A DNA stretch of 64,000 bases from Desulfobacca sp. (lineage in GTDB: Bacteria; Desulfobacterota; Desulfobaccia; Desulfobaccales; Desulfobaccaceae). The position numbers were made by a program, and so were the translations under genes. Position 1 is the stretch's first letter. Each line of letters opens with the position of its first letter. The stretch spans positions 97-64,096 of the forward strand of contig DYEV01000036.1 of the NCBI GenBank assembly GCA_020725545.1. Reading direction: 5' to 3'. Below, in pieces: positions 41,155 to 50,206 of this stretch. The notes under the pieces are model-generated. The model did not search any database. It saw nothing but the letters and a program-made list of their open reading frames with translations, and was not told where the DNA came from.

Positions 41155-42184
41155 TTATTATCGCATTCTGGGCGTTTCGCCTCACGCGGATCTGGCCGAA
41201 ATCAAACGCCGGTATCGGTTGTTGGCCCTGAAATTTCATCCTGATCGGAATCCCCGTAATCCTCAGGCAGCAGCTCGTTTCCGCGAGGTGGCCGAGGCCT
41301 ATGCCGCCATTTGTCAAGGCCAGCGGCGGCGGCGCCGGGTTGCGGAAGACCAGCGCCAGCAGGCCACCGATAATTACCACTGCCGTACTTTTGCCCGTCA
41401 GCATGTCGCGGAATTTTTTGAGTGGGAGGAGGGCCCGGCAGACTTTTCCAGTTTCGGCGGACCGGATTACCGCTACGATCTGCAGATTCCCTTTTTGGCC
41501 GCCATGCGGGGGACGGAACAGGAAATCGCTTTTCAATGCCTGGTTCCCTGCAGCCACTGTCAGGCCACCGGCATGCAACCGGGCACCGGTTATCAGGACT
41601 GCCCAACCTGTGATGGTCGGGGCCGGCGCGGGGCCACGCCGGGGCAGCTCAAAATCGGGGCTTTGTGCAGCGATTGCCAGGGACACGGCAAGATCATGAG
41701 CCACCCCTGTCCCCTTTGCCACGGTCTGGGATACCGGGTTGAGTGGAAAAAGTATCGCATCAGCATCCCCTCCGGCATTGAGGACGGCACCCGCATCCAT
41801 ATTATGGGGGAAGGCGGGGAAGGCTTTGCCCACGGCCCCCGGGGACATTTGGTGGTAGTGGTGCACGTGGAACCTCACAGTTTTTATACCCGCCACAACA
41901 ATGATCTGTATGGCACGCTGGTGGTCAGCCTGGCCCAGGCGGTTTGGGGGGATACCATTGAGATTCCCACCCCCTGGGGGCCAAAGTTCGTGGAACTGCC
42001 CCGGGGCAGTCGTTCCGGGCAAAGCTTCCTTTTTCCCGGCTTGGGGGTCCCGGCCAACGGCACTTGCCGGTCCGGTGATCTAATTATTACCATTCAGGTC
42101 CGGGATGACGCCAAAAGCCGCGCGGCTGATCACCAACCAGGCCGCGAGGTCGGCCAGCCCGCACCCTTGGCATCTGACGGGTAG
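41138..42184 (+). CDS. DnaJ-class chaperone (J domain, Zn-finger and C-terminal domains; no G/F linker)
   Basis: J domain DYYRILGVSPHADLAEIKRRYRLLALKFHPDRN. CxxCxGxG-type repeats are present (CSHCQATG, CPTCDGRG, CSDCQGHG, CPLCHGLG). Confidence 0.85.
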   Translation: MPTMPDYYRILGVSPHADLAEIKRRYRLLALKFHPDRNPRNPQAAARFREVAEAYAAICQGQRRRRRVAEDQRQQATDNYHCRTFARQHVAEFFEWEEGPADFSSFGGPDYRYDLQIPFLAAMRGTEQEIAFQCLVPCSHCQATGMQPGTGYQDCPTCDGRGRRGATPGQLKIGALCSDCQGHGKIMSHPCPLCHGLGYRVEWKKYRISIPSGIEDGTRIHIMGEGGEGFAHGPRGHLVVVVHVEPHSFYTRHNNDLYGTLVVSLAQAVWGDTIEIPTPWGPKFVELPRGSRSGQSFLFPGLGVPANGTCRSGDLIITIQVRDDAKSRAADHQPGREVGQPAPLASDG

Positions 42185-42189
42185 TCCGG

Positions 42190-42705
42190 ATGATTGCTGC
42201 CGAGCAGAATAGTTTTACGCATTTGGATGCCCAGGGTCAGGCCCACATGGTGGATGTGGGCGGAAAGCCGATTACCCAACGGCAGGCCATTGCCGTGAGC
42301 ACCATCTTCCTGGGGGATAAGGTATTTGACCGGTTGCTGGGGGGCCATTTAGAAAAAGGGGATGCCTTGGCCGCGGCCCGCCTGGCGGCCATCATGGCCG
42401 TCAAAAACACTCCCCAGCTCATCCCCTTGTGCCACACGATTCCCATCACGAGTGTCCAAGTTAATTTCAGTCCCGATCCCTCCGACCTCACTCTCACCAT
42501 AGAGGTTTTGGTCAAGGCCCAGGCCCAAACCGGGGTGGAGATGGAGGCTTTGACCGGCGCCGCGGTGGCGGCTCTGACGGTCTACGATATGTGCAAGGCT
42601 CTGGATCGGGGGATGGTCATTCAACAGATTTATCTTCGACAAAAAAGCGGCGGCAAAAGCGGCGATTATCATCATGGCGGTGGCGCGCCGGATGATGATA
42701 ACTAA
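42190..42705 (+). CDS. moaC: cyclic pyranopterin monophosphate synthase
   Basis: FTHLDAQGQAHMVDVGGKPITQR...LIPLCHTIPI...TGVEMEALTGAAVAALTVYDMCKA. Confidence 0.9.
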   Translation: MIAAEQNSFTHLDAQGQAHMVDVGGKPITQRQAIAVSTIFLGDKVFDRLLGGHLEKGDALAAARLAAIMAVKNTPQLIPLCHTIPITSVQVNFSPDPSDLTLTIEVLVKAQAQTGVEMEALTGAAVAALTVYDMCKALDRGMVIQQIYLRQKSGGKSGDYHHGGGAPDDDN

Positions 42706-42729
42706 CTGGCAAGGGAGGCAGGCAGGGCC

Positions 42730-43092
42730 ATGGAAGAGGAACAACTCATCCAGTTTAAAATGTCCCTGGAGGAGCGATTGCGGGAACTTCTCGGCGAAGC
42801 CGAGAAAACCGTCAGCGGCATGTCCGATGCCGTGGACACCTTTCCCGATCCCACTGATCGCGCCACCCTGGAAACCGATCGTAATTTTACCTTGCGCATA
42901 CGCGACCGGGAACGGAAACTCATTGGGAAAATCAAAGAAGCATTGGAACGTATCGAAAACGGGACCTATGGCTACTGTGAGGCCTGCGGCGAACCCATCG
43001 GCGAAAAACGCCTGCTGGCTCGGCCGGTGACCACCTTATGCATTAAATGCAAAGCCAAACAAGAGCAGCAGGAGCGCATGCGCCGTTCTTGA
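42730..43092 (+). CDS. dksA: RNA polymerase-binding transcription factor DksA
   Basis: FPDPTDRATLETDRNFTLRIRDRERKLIGKIKEALERIENGTYGYCEACGEPIGEKRLLARPVTTLCIKCK closely follows the E. coli DksA pattern, including the DxxDxA tip and C4 finger. Confidence 0.88.
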   Translation: MEEEQLIQFKMSLEERLRELLGEAEKTVSGMSDAVDTFPDPTDRATLETDRNFTLRIRDRERKLIGKIKEALERIENGTYGYCEACGEPIGEKRLLARPVTTLCIKCKAKQEQQERMRRS

Positions 43093-43180
43093 CCTCCTCA
43101 CCTGCCGGCCGGCCGTCGGACGAGGGGGGCGCGCGTCTGTCCGCCAACAGTTTTATTTACCCTCTTTCCTTCCCAGCAGC

Positions 43181-44209
43181 ATGACCAGCAACATAGATTT
43201 AAAAGATCTGACCCAGACCGAGTTCGAGCAGCTCATGATCGCCTGGGGCCAGGCGCCGTTCCGGGCTCGCCAGGTGCAGAAGTGGCTTTATAAGGGCATT
43301 ACCGACTTCGAGGCCATGACCGACGTCAGTAAGGCGGTCCGGGACCTCCTGCGGGAAAAAACGACCCTTAGTCAGTTGACCGTGGTGGCCCGTCAGCGGG
43401 CCGCTGACGGCTGTGAAAAGTTTTCCTTCCGGTTGGCCGACGGCGAGGTCATTGAAAGTGTCCTCATCCCGGAGACTGACCACCACACCCTCTGCGTTTC
43501 TTCCCAGGTGGGCTGTGCCCAGGGTTGCCGTTTCTGTCTCACGGCCCAAAGGGGGTTCCGCCGCAATCTCCGGCCGGCCGAAATCATCAATCAGATTTTG
43601 GCGGTCCGGTCCCTCATCCCGGTCAAGCCGGCCATTACCAATCTGGTGTTTATGGGGATGGGCGAGCCGTTGGCCAATTTTGCCAACCTGGTCAAGGCTC
43701 TGACCATTCTCCTGGCACCTTGGGGCCTGAATTTTTCCTCCCGGCGGGTGACAGTCTCCACCGTCGGCCTGGCGCCCCAGATCCCGGCATTGGGGCAAGC
43801 GGTGCAGGTGAACCTGGCTGTGTCGTTGAACGCCCCCAATGATGCCCTGCGAGCGACGCTCATGCCCATTGCCCGGCAGTATTCCCTGGCGCAGGTGTTA
43901 GACGCCTGCCGGGCCTTTCCCCTGCCGCCGCATCGGCGCATCACCTTTTCCTACGTGCTCCTGCGAGGGATCAACGATGGCCCGGCCCACGCTCGGGAAT
44001 TGGCCCGTCTGCTGCGCGGTCTCAAGGCAAAAATCAACCTCATCGCCTTTAATCCCCATCCAGATCTGCCTTTCCAGGCTCCGGACCGGGAAACGCTCCT
44101 GGCCTTCCAGGACATCCTGGTGCAAGCCCACTATACTACCTTAATCCGGGAAAGCCGGGGCGCCGATATCAGCGCCGCCTGTGGTCAATTGGCCGGCGAG
44201 ACGCAGTAA
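43181..44209 (+). CDS. rlmN: 23S rRNA/tRNA (adenine-C2)-methyltransferase, radical SAM
   Basis: CVSSQVGCAQGCRFCLT (CxxxCxxC), ...NLVFMGMGEPLAN..., ...DISAACGQL. Confidence 0.9.
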   Translation: MTSNIDLKDLTQTEFEQLMIAWGQAPFRARQVQKWLYKGITDFEAMTDVSKAVRDLLREKTTLSQLTVVARQRAADGCEKFSFRLADGEVIESVLIPETDHHTLCVSSQVGCAQGCRFCLTAQRGFRRNLRPAEIINQILAVRSLIPVKPAITNLVFMGMGEPLANFANLVKALTILLAPWGLNFSSRRVTVSTVGLAPQIPALGQAVQVNLAVSLNAPNDALRATLMPIARQYSLAQVLDACRAFPLPPHRRITFSYVLLRGINDGPAHARELARLLRGLKAKINLIAFNPHPDLPFQAPDRETLLAFQDILVQAHYTTLIRESRGADISAACGQLAGETQ

Positions 44210-44212
44210 GCG

Positions 44213-44599
44213 TCAGCGCGGCAGGACGTAAGGAGGATTGACGGCATCCCGGCTGGGAAAGGCCATGGCCCGATTATAGGCTCGCTGGCCGATGCCCACC
44301 AACCGGTCATCTTGAAACACCAAGGGTGTCAGGCCGCCGCGGATGGTTTCACTGCCTTCCGTGTCCATGGTGTGGGTCTGGTACATCAACACGGTCAGAC
44401 CGGGTTTAGCCCCCTCTTCCGTGACCCGCGGCGGCCCCATTTTCGTGATGACCTCCTGTTTGGTCATACCGGGCTTAACCTCCTGCAGGTGAAAATAGCT
44501 GGTCCACATCTTGGACTCAATGCGAGGATACAGGACATTGCCACAAGCCGGCAGCCACAGCAGTGCCAAAGCCAGCAGGGGGGAAAAGAGGCGCATCAT
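44213..44599 (-). CDS. lipoprotein with a BamE/SmpA-OmlA-like domain
   Basis: MMRLFSPLLALALLWLPAC (lipobox) and VKPGMTKQEVITKMGPP (typical BamE-fold motif). Confidence 0.5.
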   Translation of the reverse strand: MMRLFSPLLALALLWLPACGNVLYPRIESKMWTSYFHLQEVKPGMTKQEVITKMGPPRVTEEGAKPGLTVLMYQTHTMDTEGSETIRGGLTPLVFQDDRLVGIGQRAYNRAMAFPSRDAVNPPYVLPR

Positions 44600-44719
44600 G
44601 GACAGGTCTCCGCTGATCCGTAAGGAAAAGAGTGGTTATCGGTGTATTTTCATAAAAAATGTGAGCTGTGCGCAAAAAGTGGTGAGCCGCGCTAGAACCG
44701 GCCAGGCGTGGCTGGTGTA

Positions 44720-45214
44720 TCAGAGGCTCTGCAACAAGGCTGACGCCTGAGCCTTGATTTCCCGGGATCGGGAGGTCAATGACAGGGTCCGTAATTTGCC
44801 TTTCAAACCCTGCAGTTCAACCATGCTGGCGGTGGGGGCCAGCTTCTGCAAGCGCGCCAGGGCAGAGGTCACCACGGCCGGATCGGCATAATCCAGGAAC
44901 AGCATCAGACCCCGCCAATCCTCAGGGAGATCAAATTCCGCCAGAAACTTCTGGGCGGCGTCCTGAAACTCCGGCGTGGCCCGTTGTTCCTCCAGAGCCG
45001 CCAAGGCCTTTTTGTAGATTGGCCGCTGCTGCTTGCCGGCAAACAAGGCTTCGGCCTGTTTCAAGGCCTCCCGGCGGACTTTTTCCTGCTCCTGCTGTCG
45101 CCGGCCGCTGGGTTTAGGTTCCGGGCGGACATGTCGGGAGCCATCCCGGCGGCGGTCGATCTCCCGCCAACTCAACCGTTCCCGGTCTTCGTCACCGTTT
45201 CTTTCTGAGGCCAT
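44720..45214 (-). CDS. hypothetical charged/helical protein
   Basis: Start re-picked to ATG 45214, preceded by GAGGAG at 9 nt. The track start at 45262 has no RBS. No family was recognised. Confidence 0.45.
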   Translation of the reverse strand: MASERNGDEDRERLSWREIDRRRDGSRHVRPEPKPSGRRQQEQEKVRREALKQAEALFAGKQQRPIYKKALAALEEQRATPEFQDAAQKFLAEFDLPEDWRGLMLFLDYADPAVVTSALARLQKLAPTASMVELQGLKGKLRTLSLTSRSREIKAQASALLQSL

Positions 45215-45324
45215 GTGCGGTATCTCCTCTTCTTGCAGTGCGGCGAAGTCTGATTTCCCCATCGCCGTCGAGGGCGGGGGCGGTGCGTCCCAGCGTCTCT
45301 CTCCCAGCCTTTTTCCGAAACCTG

Positions 45325-45918
45325 TCAGGAAGCCCGCTGTTCCTCAGGCAAAGAGGCTGGCCCATGAAACAGGCTCATGGCCCGGCTCAAACCGGCCAAT
45401 AAGACCGCTTCGGCGGCTGAGGCGGCCCGGGCCAAGATGGCCTGGACAAGCCCCTCTTCGCAGGCATAGAAAGGGCTCAGGACGAATTGTTCCACCGTCT
45501 CGCCAAACTGGGGCCGGCCAATGCCGATCTTTAAGCGGACAAACTCGGTGGTATGCAACGTTTGAATGATGGAGGCGATGCCCCGATGTCCACCGGCCCC
45601 ACCCCGGGCAACAAACTTCAGCCGTCCCAGGGGCAGGTCCAGGTCATCATGGATAATCAGGAGGTCGGCGCTACTGGCCTCAAAATAGGCCATGAGCCGG
45701 AACACGGCCCGGCCGCTCAAGTTCATAAAGGTATCGGGTTGGGCCAGGACCACGGCTTGACCAGCAAAGCTGCCGCGGCCCCAATGGGCCGAGCAACTCT
45801 GTTGGTTGAGGCTGATGCCCCAGCGCCTGGACAACACTTCTATCACCTGAAACCCGATGTTATGTCGATTGTTTTTATATTTCAATCCTGGATTGCCCAG
45901 GCCAATAAACAGATGCAC
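45325..45918 (-). CDS. pth: peptidyl-tRNA hydrolase
   Basis: GTG start. LFIGLGNPGLKYKNNRHNIGF...TFMNLSG...HDDLDLPLGRLKF...GHRGIASI. Confidence 0.9.
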   Translation of the reverse strand: MHLFIGLGNPGLKYKNNRHNIGFQVIEVLSRRWGISLNQQSCSAHWGRGSFAGQAVVLAQPDTFMNLSGRAVFRLMAYFEASSADLLIIHDDLDLPLGRLKFVARGGAGGHRGIASIIQTLHTTEFVRLKIGIGRPQFGETVEQFVLSPFYACEEGLVQAILARAASAAEAVLLAGLSRAMSLFHGPASLPEEQRAS

Positions 45919-46206
45919 GGTTCTTCATCCTCAATCAGGATGGCCTGCGCCCGGCGGTAGGTGGTGGCGGCTGCGGCAGGCTGGAGACTAAGGCTCTCCG
46001 GCGTCAATCCACCACAGGGCGGGGCAGCCGATCCCGCTAGTTACAATCAAGTTGTTCTGCCACCCAGGAACAGAACAAGAAAACTACCATTGGCAACGGC
46101 AAATGAGAGTGGCGTTACAAACGTGGGGCAGCTCGCTCCCGGTCTAGGGTATTTGTATCAGAGAATTGCCCGGTGGGGAACTGTCGGCCAACAAAAATCC
46201 GCTTGT

Positions 46207-47139
46207 TCAAACAAAGAGGGAGCTGACCGAATCCTGCTGATGAATGCGCCTGATGGCTTCTCCCAGGAGCGCCGCCACCGAGAGCACTTTGATCTTATCA
46301 CACGCAGCGGCTTCCGGAGAGAGGGGAATAGTATCAGTGGTGATCAAGCTGCGGAGGAGAGAATTTTTAATGGTCTGCACCGAATCTCCGGCCAGGACCG
46401 GGTGGGTCACACAGGCATGGACGGCCCGGGCGCCGTGGCGCATCAGCACTTCGGCGGCCATGCTCAAGGTGGCGCCGGTATTGACCAGATCATCGATGAT
46501 GACGGCCTCTTTGCCCCAGACATTGCCGATGAGGGTCATCCCCGAAACAATGGCCCCTTCCCGGCGCTTGTCAATGATGGCCAGACTGCCTTGCAAGTGA
46601 CGGGCAAAGGCCCGAGCCCGCTCCACCCCGCCGGTGTCCGGCGAGACAATGGCCAGATCCGGGGCAAAATGGGTTTTAATATAGTCCAGCAGCACCGGTT
46701 TGGCATAGAGATGATCCACCGGGATATCGAAAAACCCTTGAATCTGACCGGCATGCAGGTCCATGGTCAGGACCCGTTGGGCGCCCGCCGTAGACAGGAG
46801 GTCAGCCACCAGTTTGGCGGCAATGGGCATGCGCGGGGCAATCTTACTGTCCTGCCGGGCATAGGCGTAATAGGGTATTACCGCCGTGATACAACCGGCT
46901 GAGGCCCGTTTCAGGGCGTCCATGACCACCAGCAGCTCCATGAGGTTTTCATTCACCGGCCGACAGGTTGGCTGGATCACATAAACGTCCCGGCCGCGGA
47001 CGTTTTCTTTGATTTCGACAATGATTTCACCGTCAGAAAAGCGGCCCACAGAGGCTTGGCCCAGGGGAATATTGAGATAGGCGCAGATTTTTTCCGCCAG
47101 GGGGCGGTTAGCATTGCCGGAGAAAACCTTCAGATTCAT
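46207..47139 (-). CDS. prs: ribose-phosphate pyrophosphokinase
   Basis: Start re-picked to ATG 47139 (MNLKVFSGNANRPLAEKI...). It has the PRPP-binding loop VIIDDLVNTGATL. Confidence 0.95.
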   Translation of the reverse strand: MNLKVFSGNANRPLAEKICAYLNIPLGQASVGRFSDGEIIVEIKENVRGRDVYVIQPTCRPVNENLMELLVVMDALKRASAGCITAVIPYYAYARQDSKIAPRMPIAAKLVADLLSTAGAQRVLTMDLHAGQIQGFFDIPVDHLYAKPVLLDYIKTHFAPDLAIVSPDTGGVERARAFARHLQGSLAIIDKRREGAIVSGMTLIGNVWGKEAVIIDDLVNTGATLSMAAEVLMRHGARAVHACVTHPVLAGDSVQTIKNSLLRSLITTDTIPLSPEAAACDKIKVLSVAALLGEAIRRIHQQDSVSSLFV

Positions 47140-47183
47140 CTGCCCAGACCTCATGTGGAAACTTTCCATGCAGCGGTAGGCCA

Positions 47184-48020
47184 TTATGGTAACCCTCGTA
47201 CAGCTGCGGTCCACAAACCAGTATCTGCCCGGAGGCGGGATGCCGCCTGGACCGCGCTCACCTCATCCGCAAAGATCCCGAAAAGCGTCGGCCCACTGCC
47301 GCTCATGAGCACTCCCTGGGCGCCCTGCTGCCGCAGCGCCTCTTTGTAGGCCGTCAGTTCCGGGTGTTGCCGCAAAGTGACGACTTCCAGATCGTTGTGC
47401 AGCCAGGTGGCCGGCGGGGCCTGCAGCATCTCCTCCACCTGAGTCTGAGAAGGGGCCGCAAAAGGCGGCTGTAACCCCGCATACACCGCGGCCGTGGCTA
47501 CGGCGAAACCCGGATTCAGCAGGACATACCACAAGGGTGGCAAGGTGATGGGCGTCAAGAGGTCGCCGATCCCCTGCCCCAGAGCAGGCCCGTCCAAAAG
47601 AAAAAAGGGCACGTCCGCCCCCAACCGGCGGGCCACCGCGGTCAATTGACTGAAGCTCAGAGGCGCGTTCAGGAGGCGGTTCAGACCCCGCAAGACCCCG
47701 GCCGCGTCACTGCTGCCGCCCCCCAACCCGGCTGCCACCGGGATGTGCTTGGCCAGCCGCAGGTGTACGCCAAACCGCTGGCCGCTGGCCTCCTGAAAAG
47801 CCCGGGCCGCCCGCACCGCCAAGTTGCCTTCATCCAGGGGCAGATCCAGACGGTCGCATTCCAGGTGGATATCGCCTCCCTGCCGGGTGATGGTAAGCTC
47901 ATCCGCCAAGGTGAGCGCTTGCATGACCGTAATCAGGTCATGATAGCCGTCGGGCCGCCGTCCCACCACTTTGAGATAAAGATTTACCTTGGCCGGACAA
48001 CGCAAGAGCAGGGAGTCCAT
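47184..48020 (-). CDS. ispE: 4-diphosphocytidyl-2-C-methyl-D-erythritol kinase
   Basis: CPAKVNLYLKVVGRRPDGYHDL...KHIPVAAGLGGGSSDAA (GHMP kinase motif). Confidence 0.9.
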   Translation of the reverse strand: MDSLLLRCPAKVNLYLKVVGRRPDGYHDLITVMQALTLADELTITRQGGDIHLECDRLDLPLDEGNLAVRAARAFQEASGQRFGVHLRLAKHIPVAAGLGGGSSDAAGVLRGLNRLLNAPLSFSQLTAVARRLGADVPFFLLDGPALGQGIGDLLTPITLPPLWYVLLNPGFAVATAAVYAGLQPPFAAPSQTQVEEMLQAPPATWLHNDLEVVTLRQHPELTAYKEALRQQGAQGVLMSGSGPTLFGIFADEVSAVQAASRLRADTGLWTAAVRGLP

Positions 48021-48466
48021 CAGGTTGTCGGTTTGGTCACCTCTTTGACATACCGCATCCGCAGATCATAGAGCAAGTGGTCAAAGATATTTTCTTCTTC
48101 GGGGGTCAGATTGTTGCGGGTCTTTTCCCGCAATAGACCCAAGAGATCGATGGTCTGCTTGGCCAGGGGCAGATTTTTTTCCGACGCACCGGTCTCGGGA
48201 TGGGGGAGGTCGCCCAGATGGAAGAACACGGACGTGCCCAATGACATGATGAAGGAGGCGAAGGTAATTTCCGGCATGGGCCCTTCGTCCGACTGGCCGG
48301 CATTGGCCGCGGCCTTTGTGGCTTCCGATTCATAAGCCTCTTTGGCCGCCTCACGCTCCCGGGATTCCTGGCGCAGACGTTCTTGCTCCTCTTCTGACTG
48401 TTGGAAAAAACGGCGGTCGTGAACGGTAAAGCCTTTATTCTCAGGTTCGGTCATGGCACTGTCCAC
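48020..48466 (-). CDS. DUF1844 domain protein
   Basis: FASFIMSLGTSVFFHLG...NLPLAKQTIDLLGLLREKTRNNLTPEE...LYDLRMRYV matches my recollection of DUF1844. Its stop overlaps the ispE ATG by 1 nt. Confidence 0.65.
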   Translation of the reverse strand: MDSAMTEPENKGFTVHDRRFFQQSEEEQERLRQESREREAAKEAYESEATKAAANAGQSDEGPMPEITFASFIMSLGTSVFFHLGDLPHPETGASEKNLPLAKQTIDLLGLLREKTRNNLTPEEENIFDHLLYDLRMRYVKEVTKPTT

Positions 48467-48554
48467 CCTTCCCTGCAGGTCTCTGGAGATGGGCTGTCTG
48501 CTTGGCAGGGGAAAGCCCTGCGAATGGGAGATCTGGCTGCGAACATGCCTTAAA

Positions 48555-48582
48555 CTTCCTCTCCCCCGGAGGGGAGAGGAAG
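48555..48582 (-). terminator. 12-bp perfect hairpin downstream of serA
   Basis: CTTCCTCTCCCC-cgga-GGGGAGAGGAAG. On the minus strand it is followed by TTTAAGG. It begins about 40 nt after the serA stop. Confidence 0.5.
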
Positions 48583-48622
48583 AGGTAAGGTAAACAACCC
48601 CTGGTATTCTCGGCCGTGGGCC

Positions 48623-50203
48623 TTACAATTCCAACGGCAGGGCCGAAGCGACGTGGGGCAGGGCCCGCACATCGGCCAAACATTCCGGGGTCACCGGCGT
48701 GTCGGTGGTGAGCAGGATGATGTTCTGGCCCCGATCTTTTTCCTGGCCCACCGTCATCCTGGCTATATTGATTTCATGCTTGCCGATGGTGGTGCCGATG
48801 GCGCCGATGACGCCCGGCCGGTCGGTATTGTAGATAAACAACATGTGTCCCTGAGGAATGGCCTCGAGCCGGAAGGCATTGATGCGCACGATCCGGGGTT
48901 CATAGCGGCCGAAAACCGTACCGGCCAGGAGGTTTTCCTTTTTGCCGGCCCGCACCGTCAGGCGCAGTTGAGTGGTGAAATCTTCGGCCGACTCCACCTT
49001 GGTCTCGGTGATATGGATACCCCGTTGTTTGGCCAAGGCCGGGGCATTCACATAGTTCACATCATCCCGCATGATGGGATAGAGCAGGCCCTTCATGATG
49101 GAATGGAATAACGGCGTGGTGTCCAGTTTGGAGATCTCGCCGATATATTCGATGTTGACGCTGTCAAGGGGGCCTTCGGCGATCTGGGTCTGGAAGGAAC
49201 CCAAAGCCTCGGCCAAGGTCAGGTAAGGCCGCAATTGGTTCAGCAATTCGCCACTCACCGAGGGGGCGTTGACCGCATTCTTGATGGTGCCATTGAGAAG
49301 GTAATCCACCATCTGTTCGGCCACGGCCACGGCGACATTTTCTTGGGCCTCTTCGGTGGAGGCGCCCAGATGTGGCGTACAAATGACATTGCCCATGAGC
49401 AGCAGGGGTGAGCCCACCGGCGGCTCTTTCTCAAAGACGTCCAGGGCGGCGCCGGCCACAATACCTTCTTCGATGGCTTCTTTCAAAGCATCTTCATCGA
49501 TGAGGCCGCCCCGGGCGCAGTTGATGATCATGACCCCGCGCTTCATCTTTTTAAAGGCCTCACGATTGAGGAGATGGGCGGTGTCCTTGGTTTTTGGCGT
49601 GTGCAGGGTAATGAAATCGGACCGGGCAAAGAGCTCATCCAGAGAGACCACCTCGACCCCACAAGAGGTTACCATTTCTTTCTTCACAAAGGGGTCATAA
49701 CCCAGGATGCGCATCTTCAGACCCTGAGCCCGGCTGGCCACCACCGTGCCGATGCGGCCCAGACCGATGATCCCCAAGGTCTTGTTGTAGACTTCCCGCC
49801 CTTGGAACCGCTTCTTTTCCCAGCGGCCCTCCCGCATGGAGTGGGCGGCTTGGGGAATGTTGCGGGCCAAAGCCAACATCATGGAGATGGCATGCTCCCC
49901 GGTGGTGATGGTGTTGCCGCCCGGGGTGTTCATGACCACGATACCCCGTTTGGTGGCCTCGGCAATGTCCACATTGTCCAGTCCGGTGCCAGCCCGACCC
50001 ACCACTTTCAAGCGGGTGGCCACTTCCAGGACTTTCGCCGTGACCTTGGTGGCGCTGCGGATGACCAAGCCGTCCACATCCTGGACTACCTCCAGGAATT
50101 CTTCCGGGGGCATCCCCGGCCGGTTAATGACTTCGATGTTGGGGGCGGCCTCGAAGATGGCTACCCCTTTCGCATGTAAATTGTCGCTGATCAGGACTTT
50201 CAT
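48623..50203 (-). CDS. serA: D-3-phosphoglycerate dehydrogenase
   Basis: 526 aa with the NAD-binding motif GIIGLGRIGT, catalytic R/E/H pattern and a C-terminal ACT domain. Confidence 0.95.
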   Translation of the reverse strand: MKVLISDNLHAKGVAIFEAAPNIEVINRPGMPPEEFLEVVQDVDGLVIRSATKVTAKVLEVATRLKVVGRAGTGLDNVDIAEATKRGIVVMNTPGGNTITTGEHAISMMLALARNIPQAAHSMREGRWEKKRFQGREVYNKTLGIIGLGRIGTVVASRAQGLKMRILGYDPFVKKEMVTSCGVEVVSLDELFARSDFITLHTPKTKDTAHLLNREAFKKMKRGVMIINCARGGLIDEDALKEAIEEGIVAGAALDVFEKEPPVGSPLLLMGNVICTPHLGASTEEAQENVAVAVAEQMVDYLLNGTIKNAVNAPSVSGELLNQLRPYLTLAEALGSFQTQIAEGPLDSVNIEYIGEISKLDTTPLFHSIMKGLLYPIMRDDVNYVNAPALAKQRGIHITETKVESAEDFTTQLRLTVRAGKKENLLAGTVFGRYEPRIVRINAFRLEAIPQGHMLFIYNTDRPGVIGAIGTTIGKHEINIARMTVGQEKDRGQNIILLTTDTPVTPECLADVRALPHVASALPLEL

Positions 50204-50206
50204 GGC

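Noticed and set aside
45919-46206. tRNA gene or L25 remnant between prs and pth
   Set aside because: No GTTCGAATC/T-loop or acceptor-stem pairing was found on either strand, and no frame gives an L25-like sequence.
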